A DNA stretch of 64,000 nt, from contig OX597814.1 in NCBI GenBank assembly GCA_951406725.2, positions 192,944,001 through 193,008,000 on the forward strand, read 5' to 3'. This document shows, piece by piece, positions 1 to 12,733 of this stretch. The position numbers and the translations under genes were made by a program. The number at the start of each line of letters is the position of its first letter. Within the stretch, counting starts at the first letter, position 1. The notes under the pieces were generated by a model, which saw only the letters and a list, made by a program, of their open reading frames with translations, did no database searches and had not been told where the DNA came from. This stretch comes from Octopus vulgaris. Its lineage: Eukaryota.

Positions 1-89
1 ATGTATATATGTATATATATATATGTATGTATATATGTATGTATATATATATATGTATGTATGTATATGTATATATGTATGTATATATG

Positions 90-120
<31 letters not shown>

Positions 121-208
121 ATATGTATATATATATATGTATGTATGTATATATATATATGTATATATGTATGTATGTATATATGTATATATATATGTAT
201 GTATATTA

Positions 209-239
<31 letters not shown>

Positions 240-260
240 ATATATCTATATATAAGTATG

Positions 261-303
<43 letters not shown>

Positions 304-344
304 ATATGTATATATATCTATATATAAGTATGTATGTATATATG

Positions 345-377
<33 letters not shown>

Positions 378-538
378 ATATGTATATATATCTATATATA
401 AGTATGTATGTATATATGTATATATATCTATATATATGTATGTGTGTATATATGTATGTATGTATATATATCTATATATATGTATGTGTGTATATATGTA
501 TATATGTATATATGTATATATATTTATATATATGTATG

Positions 539-578
<40 letters not shown>
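1..578. repeat. Compound (TA)n/(TATG)n microsatellite
   Basis: Visible directly in the sequence; it produces the spurious Y/I/M/V/C ORFs. Confidence 0.97.
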
Positions 579-580
<2 letters not shown>

Positions 581-1146
581 TTTCTGCCCTTCGGTTTACT
601 CAAACCCCGTTCGTACGGTTTTATTTTTGAAGGCTGTCGGTTTGGCCGAATTATCTTACTTAGAACATCTATGTAAAAAAAAACTACTTTGTTTCTGTCT
701 TCTCTTTGCCATTTGACTTTCATTTCACTTCTACAATTGTGATGTTGTGATGAAGCACTTATGCCTTTCGATTGTTATTACGTCATCAATAGCTGCAGGT
801 CCTATAGACAATTTCAGTGCTAGTCAAACTGACGGGTTTCTAATTTGTTCTGTGAATGGATAGAAATCCGAAGACAAAGAATTTTTTATGTCTTACAGTT
901 CATTCCCAACTACCATCCTGCTTTCCAATGATATTGACATTTCCGCAGGGCTTCAGGGCTTCAGGATTTCACAATGACTCTGGCAGAGTGATTTACGGGT
1001 GCTATGCATTGCCAAATGGCAACCCGGGACTGCTCATTGAGTATTCGTAGCTAACCTATCTATCTAGAGGCCATTCGCCTATCCGCAAACTAGGGATCCG
1101 GTGGATGGGAGTTTTCATCACTACACCATAAGCAGCACTTACCCCT

Positions 1147-1428
1147 GTACGCAACTGGTACTTAATTTATCGACTCCGAAAGGATGAAAGGCAAAGTCGA
1201 CCTCGGCGGACTTAGAACTCAGAACGCAAAGACAGACGAAATACCTATTTCTTTACTACCCACAAGGGGCTAAACACAGAGAAGACAAACAAGGACAGAC
1301 AAACGGATTAAGTCGAATACATCGATCCCAGTGCGTAACTGGTACTTATTTAATCGACCCTGGAAGGATGAAAGGCAAAGTTGACCTCGGCGGAATTTGA
1401 ATTCAGAACGTGGCGGCAGACGAAATAC
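1147..1428 (-). mobile_element. SINE family A, headless dimer
   Basis: Two copies of the domain tatcgac..gaaaggatgaaaggcaaagtcgacctcggcgga..gaactcagaacg, joined by gacgaaatacctatttc. Confidence 0.85.
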
Positions 1429-1529
1429 CTGGATTTATGTTTTAAATCTTGTTAAATATTTTCGAGATTCGATAAGAGCTTCTAATGAAAAATTCCAAAA
1501 CAGGCGGAAAAGTCGATTTTCTCTAGGTA

Positions 1530-1900
1530 TTAACCTCTTACACGGCAAAGGCGAGTTAACTTGCCTTGTCCCTATTTGTCTTTTTCAGAGTGCGACGGGT
1601 AAACTCGTCCAAAACAGCCACAGACGAGTTTATACATCAATTTTCGGCATTTCTCGGTTTTTGTTCTTTTTTTTAATACAAATTACGCCCTGATGTCGAG
1701 CTCAGGAAAATAAATAAATATATATATATATATATATATATAAAAGAATTTTGAGAAGACATGCTAAAAAAAAAGAGTAAAATAAATGTGTAATTCCCCT
1801 TTACTTTTGATGATAAAGTTGGAAAAAAGCAATAAATAAAAAGATACTTAAAAAAAAATATGGGAAGACGAGTAATCTCGTTTTTGCCGAAGAGGAAATA
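1530..1900. mobile_element. Degenerate piggyBac-like MITE
   Basis: The left end ttaacctcttacacggcaaaggcgagtt resembles the reverse complement of the right end ctcgtttttgccgaagagg; TTAA at the left edge. Confidence 0.3.
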
Positions 1901-2419
1901 ACGTGTGACATCATTTTCTTTATCACCAGTCGTGTTCCATCGCAAAGTCTTGGTGGTTCCAGATTGCGGAGTAGCATTACAGGAGTTCCAACTTTAAGTG
2001 CTAATATGTGTGGAGGTAGTCAAGGAGGCTCCAGTGAATTCAAAATAAAATTTCTAGTAAAATATTGGAAATAGATACAAACAAAAGTTATTTCTATAAT
2101 ACTATTTAAAATAATGCAATAGAAAAATTCGTCTGAAAATGAAACGTTTTCTCCAAAAAATTCGTTGGGGAAGGAGTTAAATCAACTTCAAAATAGAAAG
2201 GGTTCGACAGAAAGGACGAGTTTTCATATAAACGCATCAACTGCTAGAAAAATAAGAAATGAGAAATATGTGAGTGCCAGTATAATAACAGAATTTTCAG
2301 TAAGTTCAAAACACACGTCATACATACGAAGTAACATTGTAGAAACAATAGGAAAAGCTCTATTATTTTGAACAGAAGGTAAAATTCCAAAAGTGTTGCG
2401 ATACGACACGGCTTTTTAA

Positions 2420-2650
2420 GGCGGCGAGCTGGCAGAACCGTTAACAGGCTGGGCGAAATGCGTAGTCGTATTTCGTCTGCCGTTACGTTCTGAGTTGAAA
2501 TTCCGCCGAGGTCGACTTTGGCTTTCATCCTTTCGGGGTCGATAAATTAAGTACCAGTTACGCACTGGGGTCGATGTAATCGACTTAATCCGTTTGTCTG
2601 TCCTTGTTTGTCCTCTCTATATTTAGCCCCTCGTGGGCAATAAAGAAACA
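2420..2650 (+). mobile_element. SINE family A, full-length monomer (tRNA head, conserved central domain, tail A)
   Basis: A-box-like tggcagaaccgtt, B-box gagttgaaattcc, central gtcgactttg.ctttcatcctttcggggtcgataaattaagtaccag; ~18-bp TSD gatacgaca(c/a)ggcttttt. Confidence 0.92.
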
Positions 2651-2917
2651 GATACGACAAGGCTTTTTTTTTTTATTAGACAGCATTAAATCAACTAACT
2701 TAGTACAACTCATTTTTCGGGAAGTTGAGAATGGTTTGAAAAATTAAAATGTTGAAGTTTTCTACGTTGCATCAAATTACAAGTTGTTAGAGTTGTCCAA
2801 GCCTTAAATTGCTGAAATATTTGTGTCATAATTTGCTGAAATATTTGAAGAATGTATCTATTCATTAAAACAAATAATTATTGATGATGAAAACTTTCCT
2901 GAACGATAATGGCATAA

Positions 2918-3505
2918 CATTTTCTACTCAAGGCGCAAGGCCCGAAATTTTGGGGGAGGAGGCCAGTCGATTAGATCTACTCCAGTACGCAACTGGTACT
3001 TAATTTATCGACACTGAAAGGATGAAAGGCACAGTCGACCTCGGCGGAATTTGAACTCAGAACGATAAGACTGGCGAAATACTTATTTCTCTATTTCTTT
3101 ACTATCCACAAGGAGCTAAACATAGAGTGGACAAACAAGGACAGACAAAGGGATTAAGTCGATTACATCGACCCCAGTGCGTAACTGGTACTTAATTTAT
3201 CGACCCCGAAAGGATGAAAGGCAAAGTCGAAATCGGCGGAATTTGAACTCAGAACGTAAAGACAGACGAAATACCTGTTTCTTTACTACCCACATGGGGC
3301 TAAACACAGTGAGGACAAACAAGAACAGACAAACGGATTAAGTCGATTACATCGACCCCAGTGCGTAACGTACTTAATTTGTCGGCCCCGAAAGGATGAA
3401 AGGCAAAGTCGACCTCGGCGAAATTTGAACTCAGAACGTAACGGCAGACGAAATACTGCTAAGCATTTCGCCCGGCGCCCTAACGTCTCTGTCAGCTCGC
3501 CGCTT
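2918..3505 (-). mobile_element. SINE family A trimer (head, two tail-A units, one tail-B unit)
   Basis: Three central domains and one head, flanked by a 61-bp direct duplication (2854-2914 / 3510-3570). Confidence 0.9.
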
Positions 3506-4057
3506 TAAAGTATCTATTTATTAAAGCAAATAATTATAGCTGAGGAAAACTTTCCTGAATGATAATGGCACAGTCCTGAAAGAAAATGGCCAACCTTTTA
3601 TATCAAAGCAGATCTGCCACCATAAGCGCATTCAAATCACCTAAAGATTGGATCACATTATTATTATGCCATAATGCACAAGGAAACTGCTTCATGATAT
3701 CATTATTAATTAATAATAGGGCTCAAACCACATGCAATGTGTGGATCCACTAAAAATACATTCCAAGTTCATTGGATTGCAAATAAAATGTCATGGATGA
3801 CTGCTTAATACTTGAAAACTGGTTTTGTCAAAACTTTGACTTCAGTTTTGTGACTAATTCATCACGCTTTATTATATCCTTGTCATTTTGAACACCCCTA
3901 ATGTAACATACACGTTAAAAATGTTATTTTTATACACCTTTTGAGCATTTTCCAATAGTGTGACTTTCCAAATCTCTCAGATCGTAAGAATCGTCTAGAG
4001 ATCGACCAAATGATTGAACCAAGGAAACTGTTTCCATTAACTTTCCAAATTGCTCTC

Positions 4058-4195
4058 ACGCACACACACACACGCGTAAACGTGCACATATTCACACGTA
4101 CATACATACATACATACATACATACATTCATTCATACATACATACATACATACATACATACATACATACATACATACATACATACATACATACAC
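4058..4195. repeat. (CA)n/(CATA)n microsatellite
   Basis: Visible directly in the sequence. Confidence 0.95.
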
Positions 4196-5228
4196 AGACT
4201 CTGGGCAATATAAACAATGGAATATTGGATACATTATATTTTAGATAAAGACAGAATTGTCACGGTTGGAAAGTTATAAGACCACTCAAATAATACTGAC
4301 CTGAGGCTAAGCAACAACAAGCATTACACATAGTTTTTTTATCCATTTCACAACAGACAAATTTTACTCGTATAGACATAACATCTCTCATTCAAATATA
4401 AAACCGCTTGCTGATGAAGTTTGTAGCATCCACATGGGAAAAAAAATGAAAATATAACTTTTGAAACTAATACAATTATTTGAATTGCATACCATGAATT
4501 TACATATTTAAAGTTCCATTATTTTTCTCAGCGCAGATGCGCCAACTGAAAGCTTTTATGTTCGATCAATCTGGTTTTCCACCACTGATTCGGATAATAG
4601 AAGTAATTCAGATTCCAGTGTTCTTTGAGCAGATCTCAGTTTCTTTATGCTCTTTTGAAGATGCTTTTTCTATGCTCGTTTAACTCTCCACAGAAAACTC
4701 ATTTGAGGAATCGGTAATCATTTAGTCGTGACTCGTGACCGGATTAACCTAATCTACTTTATATGAGACGTGTCTTGAATCTCAGGCTACAGAATCTCTC
4801 ACGTACTTCCGTATCGAGGACATACATTTCAAAGAGATCTTAATATATATCCCAGGCTATTCTGGTGAAAACATTCAAGCAGGCTCACGTGTCTTTGATG
4901 CGTGGTCTAGGTTTTACATGCATAAAGAAGCGCTGTTATGACACAAGCCTCATAAGCACTCAACCTAGTGCTTATATATATATATATATATATATATAAG
5001 CACTAGATTGAGTGCTTATGAATATATATATATATATATAGCATTATTAAATCTCAGAATGAGATGTAAACAGTAATCGCTCGATTGCGAGAAAGGGATG
5101 GCCTCCCTTTGCAAATACTTCAAGGGCACTGAAATGGTGTCTAAAGCCAGCTGGAGACGACGATCTCCTGGGGCTATAAAGCTACAGTAACACCCCCTCC
5201 CCTTTGTGGTTAGCCATATTAAGATAGC

Positions 5229-5272
<44 letters not shown>

Positions 5273-5872
5273 CAAAACTTACTTGGAGGAGATGAAACGA
5301 AACGAAAACGAATCGAATCGACGCGAGGGCGCTCAGTCATATAATAGTGTAATAAATAAAATATATTCATACATACATACATATATGTACGTACCTACAT
5401 CTACATGTATATATACATGCATATATAAATATATATACGTGAGTACAGGACACCACAAATAGACGTAGAACTCAACGAGAAACGAAAACGTAAAAACAAA
5501 CGTGGAAACGGACCTAAACGAAAAAAAACAGAGTACAAGACAAACTACACAAGGAAAAATCCCCTTCATCAGCTGTCCCTAGTTCAACTCCAGCGTGTTT
5601 CGAAGGTGAGATGGGTGCACTTGCTAGGCAAGTGATTTGATCTGAGACCGAGTGTTGTAACTAAAACATATCGCTTGGCTGCTTGTGTTGTTGTTGGCTG
5701 ATCTATACCCAGTGATTCGGTTTCGAATCACCGCTACGCACATAAAAGATTAACTTCTCTTAAACATTTATTAATTGGTGTCAGAATTTTCTTAGCACTT
5801 AATAATAAATGTTTAAATAAAACTGATAGTCTTTGTGTGTTTTCAATGGTTAATATACCTTCCATAAGGCAG

Positions 5873-5959
<87 letters not shown>

Positions 5960-5990
5960 GGTGTAGGAGTGGCTGGTTGGTAAGTAGCTA

Positions 5991-6399
5991 TAGGCGCAGG
6001 AGTGGCTGTGTAGTAAGTAGCTTGCTTACGAACCACATGCTTCCGGGTTCAGTCCCACTACGTGGCACCTTGGGCAAGTGTTTTCTACTATAGCCTCGGG
6101 CCGATTAAAGCCTTGTGAGTGGATTTGGTAGACGGAAACTGCAAGAAACCCGTCGTATATATGTATATATGTGTGTATGTGTGTGTATGTTTGTGTGTCT
6201 GTGTTTGTCTCCCCAACATCGTTTGACAACCGATGCTGGTGTGTTTACGTCCCCGTCACTTAGCGTTTCGGCAAAAGAGACCGATAGAATAAGTACCAGG
6301 CTAACAAAGGATAAGTCCTGGAGTCGGTTTGCTCGACTAAAGGCGGTGCTCTTGCATGGCCACAGTTAAATGACTGAAACAAGTAAAAGAGTAAAAGAA
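5991..6399 (+). mobile_element. SINE family B (tRNA head, CORE-like domain, internal microsatellite, CR1-type tail)
   Basis: Head ggcgcaggagtggctgtg..gggttcagtccc, CORE-like tggcaccttgggcaagtg, tail ggcggtgct..gcatggcc.cagt..aatgactgaaacaagtaaaagagtaaaag. A partial head duplication lies at 5958-5990. Confidence 0.9.
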
Positions 6400-6409
6400 T
6401 ATATATATA

Positions 6410-6915
6410 CTAGCAGTATCGCCCGGCGTTGCTCGGGTTTGTAAGGGAAATAACTATATAAGCATTTTTAGAGAGTTACTTCCCTTATAAATTCGGGCTT
6501 TCTTAGCCATTTTTGTTTTGGTGTCTTCAAGCCATGAAGTCGTTGTTCTAAAAGAACGCTGGTCTCCTTCACAACGCATTACGACGTTGATTTCTTTACA
6601 CTCCCTTCCCCACAGCTTCACGAGGGAGGGAAGGGGGAGAAGCAAACAGGTGCAGCTGTGAGCGTGGACGCCAACTCCACCGCCATCGACACACGATGCA
6701 TTTTATGCATTAAAATGGAATAAAAAATGATGTTAAATTATTTTTAAAATCGTAGACTCATCGTTGACGCGCGCTAATACTCAGACGGGCTCGATATGAA
6801 TCACGACTATAAGATACCCGAATTTGGTTAAACTGCACCGCAAAATGTGGGAGGAGTTAGGAATCTAAATCGAAGGGGACAGACACTCACACAACTAGAG
6901 TTTTATATATATAGA
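6410..6915 (-). mobile_element. Non-autonomous Helitron
   Basis: The minus strand starts TCtatatatataaaac and ends with hairpin cccgagcaacgccggg followed by CTAG; A|T target. Confidence 0.85.
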
Positions 6916-7097
6916 TATATATATATATATAATAGTTATCGCCATACTAATATGGCATTCTTATAAAAATAAGAATAAAGCTGTCCGCTTATTAGCTCCA
7001 TGAGGCCATCGCCTTAAGTTAGCTATTTGATACACAAACTGTATCCATATAACCTTCGAACAAGGGAGGTCAGTCGCTCCACACTACTTGACCGGCA

Positions 7098-7139
7098 GCT
7101 ACAGACGCGTTTCGGGGTATTGCCCCTTTTCAATGCAGC
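7098..7139 (-). ncRNA. Minimal type I hammerhead ribozyme, U3-A8 core variant (inverted copy)
   Basis: Exact reverse complement of 7485-7526. Confidence 0.75.
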
Positions 7140-7484
7140 GTAGCCAGACCAGTAGGTGTCGCTTCTGACAATCTCTGTTCGATGGTTTTATTTACCTATT
7201 TTCGAAGGTTATATGGATACAGTTTGTGTATCAAATAGCTAACTTAAGGCGATGGCCTCATGGAGCTAATAAGCGGACAGCTTTATTCTTATTTTTATAA
7301 GAATGCCATATTAGTATGGCGATAACTATTATTTTCCGGGAACGCTGCCGCTGTTCTCTTTTAGAGAGACTTAGTAATTTTAATATTTCTATTATTGAAA
7401 ACAAGTGGATGTATTCCACCGAAACTAGGTAAATAAAACCATCGAACAGAGATTGTCAGAAGCGACACCTACTGGTCTGGCTAC

Positions 7485-7526
7485 GCTGCATTGAAAAGGG
7501 GCAATACCCCGAAACGCGTCTGTAGC
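7485..7526 (+). ncRNA. Minimal type I hammerhead ribozyme, U3-A8 core variant
   Basis: Stem I gctgca/tgtagc; core TTGAAAA; stem II gggg-caata-cccc; GAAA; palindromic stem III ACGCGT; GUC triplet, with the cut predicted after 7520. Confidence 0.75.
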
Positions 7527-7752
7527 TGCCGGTCAAGTAGTGTGGAGCGACTGACCTCCCTTGTTCGAAGGTTATATGGATACAGTTTGTGTATCAAATA
7601 GCTAACTTAAGGCGATGGCCTCATGGAACTAATAAGCGGACAGCTTTATTCTTATTTTTATAAGAATGCCATATTAGTATGGCGATAACTATTATTTTCC
7701 GGGAACGCTGCCGCTGTACTCTTTTAGAGAGACTTAGTAATTTTAATATTTC

Positions 7753-7791
<39 letters not shown>

Positions 7792-8145
7792 GACCGTACT
7801 AGAGCTTTCAGCCAACCAAAGGCTATGCTATCTCTCTTCACTCCTTGCCAAATTCCGTAATCGAAAGGAGTAAGACCTTTATCGTAGATATAATGAAAAT
7901 ATTTCTTCAACCATGAATTTTGCAAAAGCTCAAGGAAATAGAATGGAAGTAAATTTTAGTTTAAGGATATATAAACATTCAATGATAGTTTAAACAAAAT
8001 GACACGTGAAAAATACAAAAAAAGCCATAATTTGGAAAAAAACAAAAACATTCTGAATATCTTCTTCAGGGCACGAATTCATGTTTCTAGCAGAAATGCC
8101 TCCTAACGTTCATTATTCCATTTTAATTTTGTGTAGACGTATTCT

Positions 8146-8370
8146 TATTTCTTTATTGCCCGCAAGGTGTTAAACATAGAGTGGACAAACAAGGATAGAC
8201 AAAATCGATTACATCGACCCCAGTGCGGCACTGGCACTTATTTAATCGACCCTGAAAGGATGAAAGGCAAAGTCGACCTCGGCGGAATTTGAACCCAGAA
8301 CGTAGCGGCAGAAGAAATACCGCTAAGCATTTCGCCCGGCGTGCTAACGTTCCTGCCAGCTCGCTGCTTG
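8146..8370 (-). mobile_element. SINE family A monomer
   Basis: Same head, domain and tail A as 2420-2650; TSD-like agac(g/a)tattct. Confidence 0.88.
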
Positions 8371-8764
8371 GTGGAGACATATTCTAGTGGTGCAACTTTT
8401 TTTAAAGGTTTTGTTATTTGCGGGAGATTTGGCTGCTACTTTTAGCTTATCAGGATGATTTGAATCGTTCGAACTGATTCCTGTATTAGAAATTGAAATG
8501 GTTGATCGATATATTAAAGATAAATGATATCAACTCTGTGGCTTTCTGATATTAATATCGCGAGGATTGATAAAAACCAATGGGCTGAAACAAAATATAA
8601 TATATTATAAACGCACGCACACACACCACACGCAGACATTTTACAGAAGAGTTATTGTTAAATAATCTATCCATCCATTTATATATAGTTTATTGAAACT
8701 TAATGTTTATCTCACAGTCCCGAGTTTCAAGCCATTTCGATCTTCAAGCGATTATATATATATA

Positions 8765-10446
8765 TACATATATAATAATAATATTAGGGAGTAAATCCAA
8801 ACTTACAGGGAAAAATTAGATTTAGGATTAAATTTTACAGTATAAATATATATATTATATATTAAATTAGAGATAAAACCACTATTAGGCAAATCAAACA
8901 GTGAAAAACATAAACCAAAACATAGAAATAAAATCAATTAATATAATATACAAAATATATAAAATATAAAATTCAAAATTTAAATTATTTAAATTTAAAG
9001 TTACAATTTAAAAAATCTTTAAAATTATTAATTTATACTTATAAATTTATTTATACATATGTATATATATATATATATATATTTATTATTTTTATTTTTA
9101 TTTTTATTTTTTATTTATTTAATTATATATTTATTTTTTTATTTTTTTAAAAATTAAATATATATAACTATCAAAAAGTATTAAAAAGTTTAATATAAGA
9201 TAAAAAGTAAAGCCACTACGATCGTTTCATGCCCATAACCTAATTCGAATAACAATAATTTAAATTTAATTAATAACTCGAATTATGGTTATAGTCAATC
9301 TTCAGGTTAATGATAATATTTAGATAAATAATCAAATATATTTAAACAATATGTTTTAAGAAATAAATAAAATAATAATTTTTCTTATAAAAAACTCTGT
9401 TATCAAACTAGAAACTTTAACGATTATGATTATGTCATACAATCGATTATAATGTTAAATATTAATTTTTAAGTATTAATTCTTAAGTTAAAAATAGATA
9501 GAAAATGTATTTATCTATTCAGATATAATATGGCTTTAAAAAACATAATAAACACACAAATAATCTAATCTCAGTTATAGTCAATATCTAATTACCTAAA
9601 TATTTAACAAAAAAAAAATCACTATTCATATTATTGAATTTAGTTTCAAGTCAAATAATTATATAATATTTGAATAATAACTAAATTATCAATGAATATA
9701 TATACATATTAGAATTAAGATCTAAAATTATCTCTATCAATAAATATATATGCACGTATAATAAAGACCTAATAAATTAATTATTCATTATTACTTATAA
9801 ATATATTAAATTAAAGATGAAAAAGCAAATTGTAAACAAACAAACAAACTATCTTAAAAGAACGCTATAACTAATTAACGATCCATGTATCTCGTTGGCT
9901 AATTAATAACTTTCAAAAACCGTATAGTTAAGAACTAAAATGAAATAATAAAATACTTAATGAAATAATCAATCCGTAGTTATATAGTATCCAATAAATA
10001 CTACGAATATATTTATCGATGGAAGAAATACTACTACCAATTATCAATTGAAAAAAGCAATATATAAGTTATAATAACAATTATAAAATATTTAAAAATA
10101 ACTATCAACAAATATAGTTATTAACGACTAAAATTTATGCTATCAGTACTTGTATATACATGAAACCTAACTTTAAAAAAACTCGTATTACTGTTGACGA
10201 TCTATATATCTCTTTGGCTAAGTAGTCTTACGAATAAACGTAGAGTTAAAATCTAATAATTATATAGAAAAAACTACGATAACTAAATCATTACATAACA
10301 ATCAGTATTTATATAAAATACAAAATTATACAATAAGACTTATTAAAATATTTAAATTTTAAAATTTAAAAATCTTAAATATAAATATATACTTAGCTTT
10401 GCAAGGTTAAAAAATATATATATAATTAAAAAAAAAAATAATAATA

Positions 10447-10524
<78 letters not shown>

Positions 10525-10712
10525 TTATAAGTATAAATTAATAATTTAAAATTAAAAAAAAAATTTTAACTTTAAATTTAAATAATTTAAATTTTGAAAT
10601 TTATATTTTATATATTTTGTATATTATATTGATTTTATTTCTATGTTTTGGTTTATGTTTTTCAGTGTTTGATTTGCCTAATAGTGGTTTTTATCTCTAA
10701 TTTAATATATTA
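8765..10712 (-). mobile_element. Extremely AT-rich element with ~190-bp inverted repeats, probably a decayed Penelope-like element
   Basis: 8862-9060 is the reverse complement of ~10520-10712, and a hammerhead motif lies at 9212-9310. No ORF is recognisable. Confidence 0.55.
9212..9310 (-). ncRNA. Hammerhead-like motif with canonical CUGAAGA core and long stem II
   Basis: Minus strand: CTGAAGA, long imperfect stem (tataacc.taattcga / tcgaatta.ggttatg), GAAAC-GATC-GT-A (palindrome ACGATCGT). Stem I is weak. Confidence 0.55.
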
Positions 10713-10842
10713 TGATTTGATTGATTGATTGATTCTAGTTTCATATATAGCAAAAGGAGTGGTGTTTACAAAATGTGTTGTTGAAAATGCACTTAAATTT
10801 CAAAAGCTCGTAAATGTTTAAAATACATTTATTTACATATAT

Positions 10843-10882
10843 ACCAAACTAGTTTCAACTATATTTTTTGCTTATCAATGGT
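10843..10882 (-). ncRNA. Minimal hammerhead-like motif, U3-A8 core
   Basis: Minus strand: acca-TTGATAA-gc..gtt-GAAAC-TA-GT-T-tggt. Stem I acca/tggt, palindrome ACTAGT; stem II is weak. Confidence 0.5.
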
Positions 10883-10911
10883 AAAAGTGTAAAATTAGAA
10901 AAATATCGTTA

Positions 10912-11012
10912 TAAGTTTCAATGTTGACAAATCAAAATGCTTCAATGTTGACAAACTGAAATGTTTCAATGTTGTTAAATTAAAATGTTTCATTGTTGGT
11001 AAATTATCATGT
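10912..11012. repeat. 24-bp minisatellite, about 4 copies
   Basis: tttcaatgttgacaaa(t/c)..aaatg repeated. Confidence 0.8.
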
Positions 11013-11896
11013 TCAAAACAGAGGGTGTAAGTTTGAAATTAAAACTGTATATTAATTTGTTAGAATGTACAAGGTTCATCAATTTCAGTGGTGGTCGACA
11101 AGTCATACTGAAAAAAACAAGTGTGAGAATTAAAATAGTAAAAAATGGAGAAATTACAGGTTCTCAGATCTTTAAACAGACGCTTCCGTTTGCATGTGCT
11201 GAATGCCCTAACCACTAAGCCACGCGCCTTTACTTGTACTTATCATAATACACTGGGCTATGTAGCAACAGATTTGCATGAAAACGTAGAAGTGTAAGAG
11301 TTCTCCAAAAAAGAGCAAACTAATTTTCAGTCTCTGATCTTTGGTTTTCGTCACAGTTTACGATTTTGTTCCAATTGTTTTCAAATTTGTTATATGGATT
11401 AAGTTTTGTATACTAATTATGAAAATAAATTCATTTTCCCTATAAATCCATAATTAAAAAAGTTATTAGCCTTTAAAATTCGCAAAATTTGGGTATTTTA
11501 GCCACTCAGAAGCGAGTATTTTACATATCACCGTGGCGAAAATTTCTATTTCCATAGTAACCAAAGCAAAGAAGCTCCACGTGTTGCATAGCTGATTGCG
11601 AAGAACAGTTTCTATAGTAACCAAAGATGCTGCGCATGCACACAAGGAGAAGGAGATACGAGAAAGATAATTTATTTTTGAAAATCCTAGTTTAATATTT
11701 TGACATATCGATGTCCCTCCTCCCCAGTGGCAATGAACGTGTTGTTTTCTGATTGGCTGAAAATTCTGAAAATTATCAATCTTTGAAAACCTGTAACATT
11801 TTTGGAAAATTTTTCGTGAAAAAATTAATAACAAAGTCGGATTCAGTGTCAAAAATTATATCTATATGATACATTAAAACATTTTTTTAAAGATAA

Positions 11897-12332
11897 CTAG
11901 CAGTTTAGCCCGCCATTGCTCGGGTTCGTTTTTTAGTTGCGCTTAAAACGGCAGACTTTGATGTCGCGTTAACAAAGTTTTGACATAGTTTCAATCTTTT
12001 TTGAAAAGTAAAAAACTTCGCATTATGTAGCTTGTTATTCTCTTTAAGTGAACATTTTTCTGGTTGAAATACACCGAAAAATGGCGACACAGCAGTCAAA
12101 AAATCGTAAAAATAGGGATTTTCATAGAAAAAAAGCACCTTTTTCATGTAAATAATTTTTGGTGTTAACATGGTCCGATTTGAATTTTTCTTCTACGGAA
12201 TAAAGAGCAAGCCTTCTTCTATCATACTCTCAATTTTGGTCAACTTGCGCCACAGGGTCTCGGAGGAAATAGTGTTAGTTGAAGGCTACCAAACCTGCCA
12301 CACACAGACAACTTCAGCTTTATATGTATAGA
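11897..12332 (-). mobile_element. Non-autonomous Helitron family H1
   Basis: 5' TCtatacatataaagctgaagttg, 3' hairpin plus CTAG; homologous to 28091 and 62375. Confidence 0.88.
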
Positions 12333-12687
12333 TTGTAAACAGTGATGAAAACCACAAAGATCCACAAACTCCTAACACTATCGATTCGTGGCATAGTGGA
12401 AATTTGTATAATATTCCAAGGGTTCTCTATTTGAGGTTCCTGAGTTGTATACAAAACAATCATATGTATATATATTGAATACTCATTTCCACATATGCTT
12501 GTGACGTGCATACCCTCCACATAAAAGTAAGTGTATAGACACATGCATATGCAGATACCAGCCTGCTCAAATATCCACAAACCGCAAGAATTGTCTTGAC
12601 TTAAAGGAAAGAGCCTTTCCATTTTGTTAGTGACCGGTTTCAATTCTATCAAGGAAAAAATTATATAAATCGCCAACAGAAAAATAT

Positions 12688-12689
<2 letters not shown>

Positions 12690-12733
<44 letters not shown>

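Larger units (their letters stand above)
2130..3970 (+). pseudogene. Highly degenerate Tigger/pogo (CENP-B-like) transposase remnant, interrupted by SINEs
   Basis: Translated fragments include INASTARKIRN..R.NIVETIGKALLF (HTH), WFEK, QII.DDE, KD.ITLLLCHNAQGN and VHWIANKMSWMT, all typical of pogo/Tigger DDE proteins. Many stops and frameshifts. Confidence 0.7.
6930..7758 (+). mobile_element. Penelope-like pLTR repeat: ~363-bp unit in partial tandem (7201-7758) plus an inverted copy (6930-7198)
   Basis: 7201-7395 recurs at 7564-7758, and 6930-7198 is the reverse complement of 7426-7694. Contains minimal hammerheads and sits within (TA)n. Confidence 0.8.

Noticed and set aside
1-723. Long Y/I/M/C/V ORFs here and at 13.5-15.3, 25.1-25.7 and 37.3-41.2 kb
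   Set aside because: Artefacts of dinucleotide repeats, open in several frames on both strands.
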